Below, in pieces: positions 8,968 through 19,586 of a DNA stretch of 64,000 nt (its first letter is position 1; each line of letters starts with the position of its first letter). The notes under the pieces were generated by a model. That model worked only from the letters and a program-made list of their open reading frames with translations, was not told the DNA's origin and made no database searches. Made by a program: the position numbers and the translations under genes. Source of the stretch: Planctomycetota bacterium (lineage in GTDB: Bacteria; Planctomycetota; UBA8742; UBA2392); NCBI GenBank assembly GCA_020425605.1, contig JAGQRH010000012.1, forward strand, positions 2,653-66,652. Reading direction: 5' to 3'.

Positions 8968-10635
8968 TCAGCTGTCCCGGTACTCACCGAAGACGCCGCG
9001 CATGGTATCGCAAACCTCGCCCAGTGTCGCCTTGGCACGGAGCGCGTCGATAACTTTTGGGACGAGATTCGCGTCACCTTTCGCGCAATCCTGAAGCTCG
9101 CGCAGGCGCACCTCAACGGCCTTGTCGTCCCGGTTTGCGTGAAACTGCGCCAGCCGCTTCAGCTGCTTGCGCGTAGCCTGGGCGTCGATCTCTTGTAGCT
9201 GTGGCTCGGCCTGGTGGCTGGTCTGGAACTTGTTCACGCCTACAACAACGGATTCGCCTTTCTCAATCGCTCGCTGGTACTGCAGCGCTGCGCGGCCAAT
9301 CTCACCCTGCATGAACTTCTGCTCAATCGCCCCCACCGCGCCGCCGCGGTCATCTACCTTGGTGATCAACTCTGCGGCCTTGGCCTCCAGCTCGTCGGTG
9401 AGTTGCTCGACGAGATAGCTGCCGGCCAAGGGGTCGGGCGTGTCCGCCACGCCGCTCTCATACGCAATGACCTGCTGGGTGCGCAGTGCGATCTCAACAC
9501 TGCGCTCTGTGGGCAGCGCCAGTGCCTCGTCAAAACTGTTGGTGTGAAGGCTCTGCGTCCCGCCCAGCACGGCCGCCAGCGCCTGCATGCTTGTGCGCAC
9601 GATGTTGTTCTCTGGCTGCTGGGCCGTGAGCGTGCTGCCGGCAGTCTGAGTATGAAAGCGCAGCATCAATGCCTTGTCGTCAGTGGCGTTGAAACGTTCT
9701 TTCATGAGCCTGGCCCACAGGCGTCGCGCGGCGCGGAATTTTGCGACCTCCTCGAGCAGGTTGTTGTGGCCGTTGAAGAAGAAGCTGAGATTCTTGCCGA
9801 AATGATTCACATCCAACCCGCGACGCACCGCCTGCTCCACGTAACATAGCCCGTTGCTGAGCGTGAAGGCGATTTCCTGTGCGGCCGTGCTGCCGGCCTC
9901 ACGGATGTGGTAGCCGCTGATGCTGATGGCGTTGAAGTTCGGCACTTCCTTGCTGCAGAACTCAATGATGTCCGTGGTGATGCGCAAGCTTGGGCGCGGC
10001 GGATAGATGTACGTTCCGCGTGCGACAAACTCTTTCAGCAAGTCATTCTGCAGCGTGCCGCGTAGCTTGCTCCAGGCCACGCCCTGTTTGTCCGCCTGGA
10101 TCAGGTAGAACGCCAGCAGGCAGGCGGCGCTCGAGTTGATCGTCATGCTGGTACTGACCTTGTCGAGCGGAATGTTGTCCAGCAGCACATCCATGTCGGC
10201 GCTGCTGCACACGGGCACGCCGACTTTACCCACTTCGCCCTCGGCCATCGGCGAATCGCTGTCGTAGCCGATCTGGGTCGGCAGGTCGAAGGCGATGCTC
10301 AGCCCGGTTACGCCCTGTTCAAGCAGGAAGCGGTAGCGCTGGTTCGACTCCTCGGCGCTGGCAAAGCCGGCATACTGACGCATGGTCCAGAATCGCCCGC
10401 GGTACATGCTGGGGTATACGCCCCGTGTGAAGGGGTACTCGCCGGGGAAGCCCAGTTTCTCTGTGTACGCGCGCTCACCCGCAGTACTGAGACTGGCGCG
10501 CCCAGGCAGAGCCAGTGCCGGGAACCCGCAGCCGCTGCTGGTTTCAAACTCTTCCTTGCGCTCCTTCGTCTTGGCCGTGAAGGGCTTGCAGGTGTGCTCG
10601 AGCCAGCGGATGTATTCTTCCTGGAGGTTGCTCAT
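8968..10635 (-). CDS. Methylmalonyl-CoA mutase catalytic (large) subunit, stand-alone without B12-binding domain
   Basis: 555 aa; [23 protein letters not shown] and [20 protein letters not shown] retain the Tyr and Arg specificity residues of methylmalonyl-CoA mutase; ends before any DxHxxG cobalamin domain. Confidence 0.85.
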   Translation of the reverse strand: MSNLQEEYIRWLEHTCKPFTAKTKERKEEFETSSGCGFPALALPGRASLSTAGERAYTEKLGFPGEYPFTRGVYPSMYRGRFWTMRQYAGFASAEESNQRYRFLLEQGVTGLSIAFDLPTQIGYDSDSPMAEGEVGKVGVPVCSSADMDVLLDNIPLDKVSTSMTINSSAACLLAFYLIQADKQGVAWSKLRGTLQNDLLKEFVARGTYIYPPRPSLRITTDIIEFCSKEVPNFNAISISGYHIREAGSTAAQEIAFTLSNGLCYVEQAVRRGLDVNHFGKNLSFFFNGHNNLLEEVAKFRAARRLWARLMKERFNATDDKALMLRFHTQTAGSTLTAQQPENNIVRTSMQALAAVLGGTQSLHTNSFDEALALPTERSVEIALRTQQVIAYESGVADTPDPLAGSYLVEQLTDELEAKAAELITKVDDRGGAVGAIEQKFMQGEIGRAALQYQRAIEKGESVVVGVNKFQTSHQAEPQLQEIDAQATRKQLKRLAQFHANRDDKAVEVRLRELQDCAKGDANLVPKVIDALRAKATLGEVCDTMRGVFGEYRDS

Positions 10636-11156
10636 TTTGGTTCCGGTGGTGCCAGGCGAACCATCAGCGCGCCCTTTTCGAGCACGTCATTCGGCTTGAC
10701 TGCCACTTTTTTGACAACGCCCTCGCGAGGTGCACGAATATCGTTCTCAAGTTTCATGGCGTGAAGTGACAGCAGGCTCTGGTTCTTCTTGACCACGTCG
10801 CCTTCTTTTACGTGCACGGTGACTACCATCCCGGGCATGGGCGACTTGATATCCACAGCGCCTGCAGCACCCTTGCGTTTGGCGACGGCTGCCAGGCGCA
10901 CATGCTCAAGCTCGCGGACCTGGGCCGCGTAGACCACGCCGCCGAGCACGATGTCCGTGCCGTCCTTGCCCCGGTGGTAGCCGAAACGCTGCGCATCGCC
11001 GTTCAATTGCGCCAGCTGAATGCGGCTACGAAGCGGCGTGTTGGCATGCACGGGGAAAGTGCCACCCTCGTGCTCTACGTAAAGCTGGCCGTCGCGATCG
11101 AAGAACCGCACCTTGTGCTTCTGCCCATCGACCTCGACTTCGTATTCCATCGCCAT
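10632..11156 (-). CDS. Biotin carboxyl carrier protein (biotinyl domain)
   Basis: 174 aa; C-terminal biotinyl domain with AMK (..[16 protein letters not shown]..); start overlaps mutase (ATGA) and biotin carboxylase. Confidence 0.75.
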   Translation of the reverse strand: MAMEYEVEVDGQKHKVRFFDRDGQLYVEHEGGTFPVHANTPLRSRIQLAQLNGDAQRFGYHRGKDGTDIVLGGVVYAAQVRELEHVRLAAVAKRKGAAGAVDIKSPMPGMVVTVHVKEGDVVKKNQSLLSLHAMKLENDIRAPREGVVKKVAVKPNDVLEKGALMVRLAPPEPK

Positions 11157-12649
11157 CAGCGCACCCTCGGCAGGCTACTGGAACTCCACGGGTCGAACGC
11201 AAGCTCGCCGGCCTTGCCCTGAGCAGCGCGAACCTTCTGCAGGTGTCTGTATTCCATTAGTGCAGCCAGCACGGCCGCATCCTGTTCTCGGCCGCGCTGG
11301 TTCAACTCGGCCATGTGCTTCTCGACCCAGTGAATGTCGAACTTGCCTGCCACAACATCCTTGTGCTGCAGCAGGTTCGCGTGGAAGGGAATCGTTGTGG
11401 CGACGCCCACAACGAGGAACTCGGAAAGCGCCTTCAACGCAAGCGCAGTAGCGGCTTTGCGGTCCTTGCCCTGCACGATCAGCTTGGCGATCAGGCTGTC
11501 GTAAAACTGTGTGACGCTGTCGCCGGTGTGGTAGCCCGCATCCACGCGTATGCCGTTGCCTTCAGGTGGCGAGAACGCCTCGATGTAGCCGAGGCTTGGC
11601 ATGAAGTCGGCGTATGGATCTTCGCTGTTGATGCGCAGCTCAATCGCGTGGCCGGACTGCTTGACCTGATCTTGCTTGATTTCAAGTCTTTCGCCGCTGG
11701 CAACGCGAAGCTGCAACTCCACGAGATCCACGCCCGTCACCTGCTCCGTAACCGGATGCTCGACCTGCAGGCGCGTGTTGACCTCGCAGAAGTACCACGA
11801 GCCCTGCTTCTCATCGAACAGGAACTCGCAGGTGCCTGCGTTGCTGTAGTTCGCGGCCTTGGCGATGGCGACCGCGTCGGCGCAGATTTTCTCTCGCTGC
11901 TCGGCGCTCAGGCTGGGACTCGGCGTTTCCTCGAGCAATTTCTGGTGGCGGCGCTGCAGGCTGCACTCGCGCTCGAAGAAATGCAGTACGCTGCCGTGCT
12001 TGTCAGCGACGACTTGGACTTCAATGTGCTTTGGCGCCGGCAGGAACTTTTCTACCAACAGCGCATCGTCGCCGAAGCTGGCCTTGGCTTCGCGGGCTGC
12101 CTTGGGAATCAGCGTCTTGAGCTGCTCTACGCTGTCGGCCTTGTGCATGCCCTTGCCGCCGCCGCCAGCTGCGGGCTTGATCATCACGGGGAAGCCGATG
12201 CTCTCCACAGCCTTGATGGTCTCGGCGTCTGCCTCGCCGGCGCACTTGACCCAAGGCGTCACAGGCACTCCGGCTTTTTCAGCCACGGCCTTGGCATGGC
12301 GCTTGTCACCCAGACGATCGATGGCACCGCTGTCGGGCCCAATAAACTCAATGCCGGCGTCTTCGCAGGCCTTTGCAAATGCCGCGTTCTCGGCGAGGAA
12401 ACCGTAGCCTGGATGGATCCCATCGCAGCCATGAGTCTTGGCCAAGCTGATGATGCGGTCGATGCGAAGGTAGCTGTCAGCCGACGGCGATGGACCGAGA
12501 TAGTGGGCTTCGTCTGCCTCGCGGACGAACGGCAAATGCGCGTCGGCATCTGAGAAGGCCGCCACCGACAGGACACCCAGCTTTCGGCAGGCACGAATCA
12601 CCCGCAGGGCGATCTCACCACGATTGGCGATCAGGACTTTCTTGAGCAT
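11156..12649 (-). CDS. accC: Biotin carboxylase subunit of an acyl-CoA carboxylase
   Basis: MLKKVLIANRGEIALRVIRA N-terminus, ATP-grasp motifs; 497 aa with ~45-aa C-terminal extension. Confidence 0.9.
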   Translation of the reverse strand: MLKKVLIANRGEIALRVIRACRKLGVLSVAAFSDADAHLPFVREADEAHYLGPSPSADSYLRIDRIISLAKTHGCDGIHPGYGFLAENAAFAKACEDAGIEFIGPDSGAIDRLGDKRHAKAVAEKAGVPVTPWVKCAGEADAETIKAVESIGFPVMIKPAAGGGGKGMHKADSVEQLKTLIPKAAREAKASFGDDALLVEKFLPAPKHIEVQVVADKHGSVLHFFERECSLQRRHQKLLEETPSPSLSAEQREKICADAVAIAKAANYSNAGTCEFLFDEKQGSWYFCEVNTRLQVEHPVTEQVTGVDLVELQLRVASGERLEIKQDQVKQSGHAIELRINSEDPYADFMPSLGYIEAFSPPEGNGIRVDAGYHTGDSVTQFYDSLIAKLIVQGKDRKAATALALKALSEFLVVGVATTIPFHANLLQHKDVVAGKFDIHWVEKHMAELNQRGREQDAAVLAALMEYRHLQKVRAAQGKAGELAFDPWSSSSLPRVR

Positions 12650-12687
12650 GGGCCGGAATTTAGGGCGGTTGAGCAGATTGGGCCAGA

Positions 12688-12721
12688 GGCAAAAAGAAAG
12701 GCGCGCCGAAGCGCGCCTTTC
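12688..12721 (-). terminator. Rho-independent terminator downstream of lipoprotein gene
   Basis: GGCGCGCC-GAAG-CGCGCGCC stem followed by U-tract (from AAAAAGAAA on plus strand). Confidence 0.6.
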
Positions 12722-12734
12722 GTCTATCAGCAGC

Positions 12735-13361
12735 TTACTTGTCTTCTGGCGGCTTCGGCAGTTCTTCCGGGAAGCTCAAGTCGATGTCCACCATGTACCA
12801 AAGACCCTGGTCTTCCAGGCAGGTGACCTCAATGCGGTCGCCATAGATGTTGGCAAAGCGGACGACCGCCATGCGGCGTTCGCTCTCGCCATCCTTGGGC
12901 GTCATGATCGTTGAGCGAACCATGTAGAATTCCGCGTTGGTCACGCGGTCTTCGAACTTCTTGATGTTGTACAGCTTGTAGCAGCCCTGCTTCAGCGCAA
13001 AGAGGCGCGCCTGGCTGGCCGCCTTCCAGGTGTCTTCGTCCTTGATGCCGGACTTTTCTTCCGGGTCCTGGGCGTCCTTGGCTTCGATGCCCTTTTCCTT
13101 GTCGCCGAGGATGAACGGCTTCTCGTCCTTCCAACGGTCGTAACCTTCCTTGATGCGGTATTCGCGGCGCGCCTCGGCGTAGCCGGAATCCTGCAGGTGC
13201 AGCGGCTGCATGTTGAAAAGGTCGTCGAAGCTTTCACTCTTGACGGCCTTCACTGCGGCACGAGCCACGTCGTCAGGCGTGGCAGTACCGCCGCCACCAC
13301 CACAACCGAAAAGCATGACCGCCAGCACTGCCAACGGCAGCAACTTCCATGTATTCCGCAT
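12735..13361 (-). CDS. Lipoprotein of unknown function
   Basis: MRNTWKLLPLAVLAVMLFGCGGGGG signal peptide and lipobox; start at the second Met preferred. Confidence 0.55.
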   Translation of the reverse strand: MRNTWKLLPLAVLAVMLFGCGGGGGTATPDDVARAAVKAVKSESFDDLFNMQPLHLQDSGYAEARREYRIKEGYDRWKDEKPFILGDKEKGIEAKDAQDPEEKSGIKDEDTWKAASQARLFALKQGCYKLYNIKKFEDRVTNAEFYMVRSTIMTPKDGESERRMAVVRFANIYGDRIEVTCLEDQGLWYMVDIDLSFPEELPKPPEDK

Positions 13362-13402
13362 TCCCCGCCTCTCCTGTTCCGTTTCTCTACACAATTGAGC
13401 GA

Positions 13403-14008
13403 CTAGTCTGATTGTTTCTCGCGCTTACGCGCGGTTTCGAGTGCGCGCAGGATGCTAGGCTTTACGTCAAATTTCCAGACCCCATCGTGACGAACCCATG
13501 AATATCTCTTGGGATCGCCCGCTTTCAGCATCACTGTGGCCGTCTCTCCTTCGATCGTAATGCTGTCAATGTTGCTCCTGGAGAACAGCCGGGCCGTATT
13601 TTCAGCGCCTTCGGCCGTGAATTCGGGCTTCATCCGCCAAATGTAGTAGTCCTTGGGGGTCATGCTGTCCGGATCTTCGGGCAAAGTCGCGAGCAGCGCC
13701 TTGATGCGGGCGCGGTCGTTGTCGGAAGTCAGCGCCTCCGGATCCAGCGCAGCCTTGTTCAGGCTGACCGTGGCGCGTACGCCGGCCGGGTTAGTGCCTT
13801 CCAACTCACGCTTGTACAAATCCTGCGCATCCGGACTTAGCCGATCCCACATGTCATCAGCACTCTGACGCGTCACGGCCGACGACCACTCGAGCATCGC
13901 CTTGTGCACGGCTTCCTGGTCGGCGTCCCAGTCACTCGATGACGGACAGCCGGCCAGCAGGGCTGAAAGCGCCAGGGCAGAAAAGATCAGGCTTGGGCGT
14001 AGTTGCAC
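13403..14008 (-). CDS. Lipoprotein of unknown function
   Basis: Signal peptide with lipobox LLAGCPSSS; 201 aa. Confidence 0.55.
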   Translation of the reverse strand: MQLRPSLIFSALALSALLAGCPSSSDWDADQEAVHKAMLEWSSAVTRQSADDMWDRLSPDAQDLYKRELEGTNPAGVRATVSLNKAALDPEALTSDNDRARIKALLATLPEDPDSMTPKDYYIWRMKPEFTAEGAENTARLFSRSNIDSITIEGETATVMLKAGDPKRYSWVRHDGVWKFDVKPSILRALETARKREKQSD

Positions 14009-14092
14009 TTCGGTTTCCTTGCAGGGGCCGATCAGGGTCTGCCGGACGGCCGTTCTACGCGAAGTCAGGATAATCGAATCACCGCCGCGCAG

Positions 14093-15715
14093 CTAGAGCG
14101 GGATGTTCCCGTGCTTCTTGGGCGGATTCACATCCCGTTTGTGACGAACGACCTCAAGCGCTCGGATGAGCTTCTTGCGGGTTTCCCGCGGCTTGATGAC
14201 GGCGTCGATGTAGCCTCGCGCGGCCGCGTCGTACGGGTTGCTGAAGCGGTCGCGGTAGTCGGCGATCAGTTCCTGTGCCTTCTCAGGACCGTCCGCCCCT
14301 GCAAGATCCTTGGCGTGCAGGATGTTTACGGCACCCTGCGCCCCCATCACGGCAATCTCGGCGGTCGGCCATGCGTAGTTGACGTCACTGCGGATATGCT
14401 TGCTGGACATCACGCAATACGCACCGCCGTAGGCCTTGCGCGTAATGACGCAGAGTTTGGGCACCGTTGCTTCGCAGTATGCATACAGCAGCTTTGCACC
14501 GTGCTTGATGATGCCGTTGTGTTCCTGGTTCACACCGGGCAGGAAGCCGGGAACGTCTTCAAACGTGATGATCGGGATGTTGAACGCATCGCAGAACCGT
14601 ACGAAACGCGCGCCCTTCAAGCTGCTGGCGATGTCCAGGCAACCGGCCAGAACAGCTGGCTGCTGGGCGACGATCCCTACGCTGTGGCCGCCCAGCCTCG
14701 CGAAGCCGACTATCAAATTCTGCGCGTAATCTTTGTGTACCTCGAAGAAATCGCCGTCATCCACGACCGTCTCGAGGACATCGTGCATGTCGTACGGCTT
14801 TTCCGGATGGTCAGGGATCACACGGTCAAGACGATCGTCCTCGCGTTCCGGGTCATCATCCGGCTCGATGAACGGCGGCGGCTCGAGGTTGTTCTGTGGC
14901 AGGAAGCTCAGCAGCTTCTTTATGCCGACAATGCAATCGGGCTCGCTGGGACTGGTGAAGTGGCTTACGCCGCTGGTTTCACCGTGGACGCCAGCCCCTC
15001 CCAGGCCTTCCATGTCGATCTCTTCGTGCGTGACCGACTTGATCACGTTGGGGCCGGTCACGAACATGTGGCTCGTGCCTTCCACCATGAAGACGAAGTC
15101 GGTGATCGCGGGGCTGTAAACGGCGCCGCCTGCGCACGGGCCCATGATGGCGCTGATCTGCGGAATCACGCCGCTGCTCAGCGTGTTGCGCAGGAAAATG
15201 TCGGCGTACGCGCCGAGACTGGCCACACCTTCCTGAATCCGCGCGCCACCTGAGTCGTTGAAGCCGATGACCGGGCAGCCGTTCTTGAGTGCCTGGTCCA
15301 TGATCTTGACGATCTTCTGGCCATAGCGCTCGCCGAGGCTGCCACCGAAAACGGTGAAGTCCTGCGCGAACACATACACCGGGCGGCCGTACACGCGCCC
15401 GACGCCCGTCACCACTCCGTCACCCAGGAACTTCTTGTCGGCCAGGCCGAACTCGGTGGCGTTATGGGTTACGAATGCGTCGATTTCCTCGAAGCTTCCC
15501 TCGTCGCAAAGCAGCGCTATGCGCTCACGCGCTGTCAGCTTGCCGGACGCGTGCTGTTTCTCGATGCGCGCCGCGCCGCCACCCTCGCGCGCCTTCTCAC
15601 TGAGCGTATCGAGCTTCTCAATGGCCTCACGCTGTGAGAGCACGCCTTCGGGCAAGTCCGGGCGCAGGCGCGAGGTCGATTTCGACTTTGTCTTTCCCAT
15701 GTGGGCGGCCATCAA
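14093..15715 (-). CDS. Acyl-CoA carboxylase carboxyltransferase subunit (propionyl-CoA carboxylase beta / methylmalonyl-CoA carboxyltransferase family)
   Basis: 540 aa; both carboxyltransferase half-domains (GGARIQEG.., ..ITRKAYGGAY) present. Confidence 0.9.
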   Translation of the reverse strand: MMAAHMGKTKSKSTSRLRPDLPEGVLSQREAIEKLDTLSEKAREGGGAARIEKQHASGKLTARERIALLCDEGSFEEIDAFVTHNATEFGLADKKFLGDGVVTGVGRVYGRPVYVFAQDFTVFGGSLGERYGQKIVKIMDQALKNGCPVIGFNDSGGARIQEGVASLGAYADIFLRNTLSSGVIPQISAIMGPCAGGAVYSPAITDFVFMVEGTSHMFVTGPNVIKSVTHEEIDMEGLGGAGVHGETSGVSHFTSPSEPDCIVGIKKLLSFLPQNNLEPPPFIEPDDDPEREDDRLDRVIPDHPEKPYDMHDVLETVVDDGDFFEVHKDYAQNLIVGFARLGGHSVGIVAQQPAVLAGCLDIASSLKGARFVRFCDAFNIPIITFEDVPGFLPGVNQEHNGIIKHGAKLLYAYCEATVPKLCVITRKAYGGAYCVMSSKHIRSDVNYAWPTAEIAVMGAQGAVNILHAKDLAGADGPEKAQELIADYRDRFSNPYDAAARGYIDAVIKPRETRKKLIRALEVVRHKRDVNPPKKHGNIPL

Positions 15716-15746
15716 ACCAAGGATGAACGCAGATGAACACGGATAA

Positions 15747-16493
15747 CTAGGCAGTCATGCCGCCGTCGACCACGAGCACCTGCGCCGTAATGTACGCGCC
15801 GGTGTCAGCGGCTAGGAACACGGCGGCGTTTGCGATGTCGACAGGCTGACCAAAGCGCCCGAGGCGTATGCCTTTCAGGGCCTCTTCCCTGACCTTCTCG
15901 TCAAGGCTGGAGGTCATATCCGTCTCTATGAAACCCGGTGCAATTACGTTGGCCGTGACACCGCGACCGGACAGCTCTTTCGCGACACTCTTGGTGAACG
16001 CGATCAACCCGCCCTTGCTGGCGGCGTAGTTGGCTTGGCCCGCGTTGCCGGCAATACCCACTACGCTGGCGATATTGATCAGGCGACCGTTCTTGGACTT
16101 CATCAGGGGGCGAGCGGCCGCGCGGGTGATGTTGAACGCGCCCTTCAGGTTCGTGTTCATCACTAGGTCGTAGTCTTCGTCACTCAGGCGCATCAGCAGG
16201 TTGTCGCGGGTGACGCCGGCGTTGTTGACGACGATGTCCAGCCCGCCCAGCTTCTCGTGAGCTTCCTTGACGACCGTGTTGCACGCGTCGGAACTGCTGA
16301 CGTCCAGGCCGAAAGCCTCGACGATCTTGGCGCCATGATCGCGGCAGGCGGCGGCCGTGTCTGATACGCGATCTGCAGCGGTGGCAACCAAGGCAAGGTC
16401 AGCACCTTCCCTGGCAAATGCCTTTGCAATTGCGCGACCGATGCCGCGCGACGCGCCGGTGATCAAAGCCTTTCGGCCATCGAGTGCCCCCAT
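15747..16493 (-). CDS. fabG: 3-oxoacyl-ACP reductase
   Basis: 248 aa SDR; TGASRGIGRAIA, NAG, YAASKGG active site; position in fab cluster. Confidence 0.9.
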   Translation of the reverse strand: MGALDGRKALITGASRGIGRAIAKAFAREGADLALVATAADRVSDTAAACRDHGAKIVEAFGLDVSSSDACNTVVKEAHEKLGGLDIVVNNAGVTRDNLLMRLSDEDYDLVMNTNLKGAFNITRAAARPLMKSKNGRLINIASVVGIAGNAGQANYAASKGGLIAFTKSVAKELSGRGVTANVIAPGFIETDMTSSLDEKVREEALKGIRLGRFGQPVDIANAAVFLAADTGAYITAQVLVVDGGMTA

Positions 16494-16510
16494 GTGTCCC
16501 CCACTCTCTG

Positions 16511-17458
16511 CTATTCGATTGCGGCGGCCAATTCTTCCGCCTTGCCGATGCTTACACGATTGGCTGAACGCGCCATGCGCTTGAGCAGACCGGCCAGCAC
16601 GTTGCCGGGCCCGATCTCAATGAAATTCTCGAAGCCCTGATCTACGAGACTCTGCATGCTTTTCGCCCACAGCACCGGCGCGGTCAGCTGCTGAACGAGG
16701 TTCATTTTCAACTTCGCCGGCACATTGTGTTCAATCGCGTCGACGTTCGCCATCACGCCGATGCGCGGCGCATGGAATGTGGTTGTCTCGATCTCTGCGG
16801 CCAATCGCTCGCGGGCCGGCTCCATCAATGGGCTATGGAATGCGCCTGCTACGCTGAGCGTAACGGTGAGCTTCGCCCCGGCCGCCTTTGCGAGCTTCAT
16901 GGCTTCTTCAACGGCCGCCTTTTCACCGCTGATTGCAACCTGGCCGGGCGCGTTGAAGTTCGCCAGCACGACGATGCCGCTTTCCTGCGCCGGCTTGATT
17001 GCCTCGGCCAGCTTCTCGTCATCCAGGCCGACAATGCTGGCCATGGTGGAAGGGCTGGCGTCGCAGGCGTCCTGCATATACCTGCCGCGGGCGCGCACGA
17101 GCGCAAGCGCATCTTCCCAGCTGACGGCGCCGGCAGCTGCAAGTGCCGAGTACTCACCGAGCGAAAGCCCGGCTGTGCAGCTTGCGCTCTGCAGTAGCTC
17201 GCGACCCTTTTTGTGGGTGTTGAGCGCCGCCACGACTGCCCAGGAATGTGCAAGAATCGCAGGCTGCGAGACATCGGTACGGTTCAGCTCGTCTTCAGGA
17301 CCCTCGAAGCATAGCTTCGACAGCCCGAAGCCGAGCAACTCATCGGCCTTGTCGAACACGGCCTTGGCCTCGGGATACTTGTCCGCGAGGTCTTTGCCCA
17401 TTCCAACGTGTTGGGCGCCCTGCCCGGGAAACAACAGAACAGTCTTGGACATGTGCAA
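16511..17458 (-). CDS. fabD: Malonyl-CoA-ACP transacylase
   Basis: LLFPGQGAQHVGMG and GLSLGEYSALAAAG active-site motifs. Confidence 0.9.
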   Translation of the reverse strand: MHMSKTVLLFPGQGAQHVGMGKDLADKYPEAKAVFDKADELLGFGLSKLCFEGPEDELNRTDVSQPAILAHSWAVVAALNTHKKGRELLQSASCTAGLSLGEYSALAAAGAVSWEDALALVRARGRYMQDACDASPSTMASIVGLDDEKLAEAIKPAQESGIVVLANFNAPGQVAISGEKAAVEEAMKLAKAAGAKLTVTLSVAGAFHSPLMEPARERLAAEIETTTFHAPRIGVMANVDAIEHNVPAKLKMNLVQQLTAPVLWAKSMQSLVDQGFENFIEIGPGNVLAGLLKRMARSANRVSIGKAEELAAAIE

Positions 17459-17491
17459 GCTCCTGAGCGATCGGTAAGGCGATAGCCCTGC

Positions 17492-18475
17492 CTACCATTT
17501 AACGAGGTTATAGCCCCAGGAAAGTCCGCCGCCGAAGGCTTCGAACAGGACGTAGTCCCCGCGCTTGATGCGGCCCTCTGCCAGAGCCTCATCCATGGCG
17601 ATGGGGATACTTGCGGAGCTGGTATTGCCGAAGCGGTCCAGATTGATCAGCACGCGGTCCATCTCAATGCCGACGCGCTTCATGGCGCTCTCAATGATGT
17701 TGATGTTGGCCTGGTGCGGCACGACCAGCGCAATGTCGTCCGACGAGATGTTCGCACGCGCGCAGGCTTCCTGTGCCATCTCCATGAACTTCTGGACCGC
17801 GAACTTGTAGACCGTGCGCCCCTTGAGCGCGATGGTGTGCATGTTCTTCTCAACGGTCTCATGGCTGGCCGGCATGCGCGTGCCGCCTGCCGCCACGTTG
17901 AGCGCATCGTAGTCATAGCGTGCGCCATTGCGTGTGCAGACGATCTGCCCCTTGCCCTCGGTGCGGGTAACGACGGCTGCGCCTGCGCCGTCGGCGAACA
18001 GGATGCAGCTTGAGCGATCACTGAAATTCGTGATGGACGACAGTTTCTCCGCACCGATCACCAGCACGTTCTTGTAGGTGTCCGTATTGACGAGAGCCGC
18101 GGCCAGCTCAATCGCGTAAACAAAACCGGCACACGCGGTGCTGATGTCCAATGCCGGGATATCCCCCATCTGCAGGCCCTGCTGAACCCAGCAGGCCGTG
18201 TTGGGGAACGTGTTGTCCGGGCTGGCTGTGGCGACCAGGATGTAGTCGACTTCCGTCGGCTTCAGCTCCGCCCGTTCAAGGGCGATCTTGGCTGCCTTGA
18301 GTGCCATGTCGGACGTGTATTCGTCATCGCGCGCGAAGCGACGCTCACGAATTCCGGTACGCTGGAAGATCCACTCGTCGCTCGTGTCGACGATCTTCGA
18401 CATGTCGTCGTTGGTGACTACCCGCTCGGGAACGTATGAGCCAATGCTGAGGATGCCTGCTCGCTGCTCGGTCAC
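17492..18475 (-). CDS. fabH: 3-oxoacyl-ACP synthase III
   Basis: 327 aa; ACAGF active-site Cys region, HQANINI, GGGLSWG C-terminus. Confidence 0.9.
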   Translation of the reverse strand: MTEQRAGILSIGSYVPERVVTNDDMSKIVDTSDEWIFQRTGIRERRFARDDEYTSDMALKAAKIALERAELKPTEVDYILVATASPDNTFPNTACWVQQGLQMGDIPALDISTACAGFVYAIELAAALVNTDTYKNVLVIGAEKLSSITNFSDRSSCILFADGAGAAVVTRTEGKGQIVCTRNGARYDYDALNVAAGGTRMPASHETVEKNMHTIALKGRTVYKFAVQKFMEMAQEACARANISSDDIALVVPHQANINIIESAMKRVGIEMDRVLINLDRFGNTSSASIPIAMDEALAEGRIKRGDYVLFEAFGGGLSWGYNLVKW

Positions 18476-18505
18476 TTCACGTCCTATTGCTGTGCCTGCG
18501 GGGTG

Positions 18506-19525
18506 CTAGCGCGTGGCGCCGGCCTTGCTGGCTTCGCGTTGCAGGGCCTCGATGATCTTGTCGTTCACGTGCTTTTCGCAGCAGTCAGCCGCCGTACGGA
18601 TGCCTGACGCGATGGCACGGTCGTCGCTGCGTCCGTGTGCGATCACAACCGTACCGTTCACGCCCAACAGGGCCGCGCCGCCGACTTCCTGCCAGTCGAG
18701 GTCCCGCGCGAGTGAGCCGATCGTGCTCTTGAAGCGCTCATCGCCCGCAATGCCGGCCGCTGTTGCCTGCTTCACGAACATTTTGACCAGAATCTCGCTA
18801 AGGCCTTCGGCGGTCTTCAGCACCACGTTTCCGACCATGCCGTCGCAGACGATCACTTCACTGGCGCCCTCGAAGACTTCATGGCCTTCAATGTTGCCGC
18901 GGAAATCGAGCTCAGACTGCGTAAGCAACGCGTGCGCTTCCTTGATAACGGGGCTGCCCTTGCCTTCTTCGCTGCCGACGCTCAGCAGGCTGACGTGAAC
19001 CTTGTCGTCTTCGCGGGCAATCAGGTTGCGGTAGAAAATGTCGCCCATCGTGGCGTACTGCGCGAGGTGGCTGGCCTTGGCTGCCACGTTTGCGCCGACG
19101 TCCATGATCACGATACGGCCGCGAAGGGTCGGTAGCGTGGTCAGGATGCCCGCGCGACGTACACCCGGCAGGTTGCGCAGCATGAGCGTTCCGGCCGCAA
19201 CGAGCGCGCCGGTGTTGCCTGCGCTGATCACTGCGTCGGCCTTGCCCTCGCGGACCATGCCTACGCACATCGGAAGGCTGGCCTGCTTCTTGGCCTTGAG
19301 TGCTTCAACGGGATGTTCATCCATCCCGATGGCTTCAGGTGAGTGCACGACGTGCAGGTTGTCGAGGGGCTTCTCGCACTTGGCGAGTTCAGCGCTGACG
19401 GCCGCCTCATCGCCGACGAGGAACAGCTGCCAATCAGGCTGATCGTTGGCGACTCTCCACGCGCCGCGAACGACGACGCCGGGGGCTTTGTCACCACCCA
19501 TGGCATCTATGGCGATACGGGGCAT
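18506..19525 (-). CDS. plsX: Phosphate acyltransferase
   Basis: 339 aa; MPRIAIDAMGGD N-terminus and overall PlsX architecture; conserved position between rpmF and fabH. Confidence 0.9.
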   Translation of the reverse strand: MPRIAIDAMGGDKAPGVVVRGAWRVANDQPDWQLFLVGDEAAVSAELAKCEKPLDNLHVVHSPEAIGMDEHPVEALKAKKQASLPMCVGMVREGKADAVISAGNTGALVAAGTLMLRNLPGVRRAGILTTLPTLRGRIVIMDVGANVAAKASHLAQYATMGDIFYRNLIAREDDKVHVSLLSVGSEEGKGSPVIKEAHALLTQSELDFRGNIEGHEVFEGASEVIVCDGMVGNVVLKTAEGLSEILVKMFVKQATAAGIAGDERFKSTIGSLARDLDWQEVGGAALLGVNGTVVIAHGRSDDRAIASGIRTAADCCEKHVNDKIIEALQREASKAGATR

Positions 19526-19586
19526 TCCGCTTCCTTCATGTGAGCGACCCGGGCACCTGGATCACGCCCGGAGTGAAGCGTCTTGG

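Noticed and set aside
8376-9116. The 246-aa track ORF as the missing B12-binding subunit of the mutase
   Set aside because: No DxHxxG or GG cobalamin-binding motifs. Its first 56 codons overlap the mutase C-terminus out of frame, so the true start is the internal Met at 8948.
17510-17535. GGAAAGTCCGCC resembling the RNase P RNA P4 motif
   Set aside because: It lies inside the well-supported fabH coding sequence and lacks the other RNase P conserved blocks.
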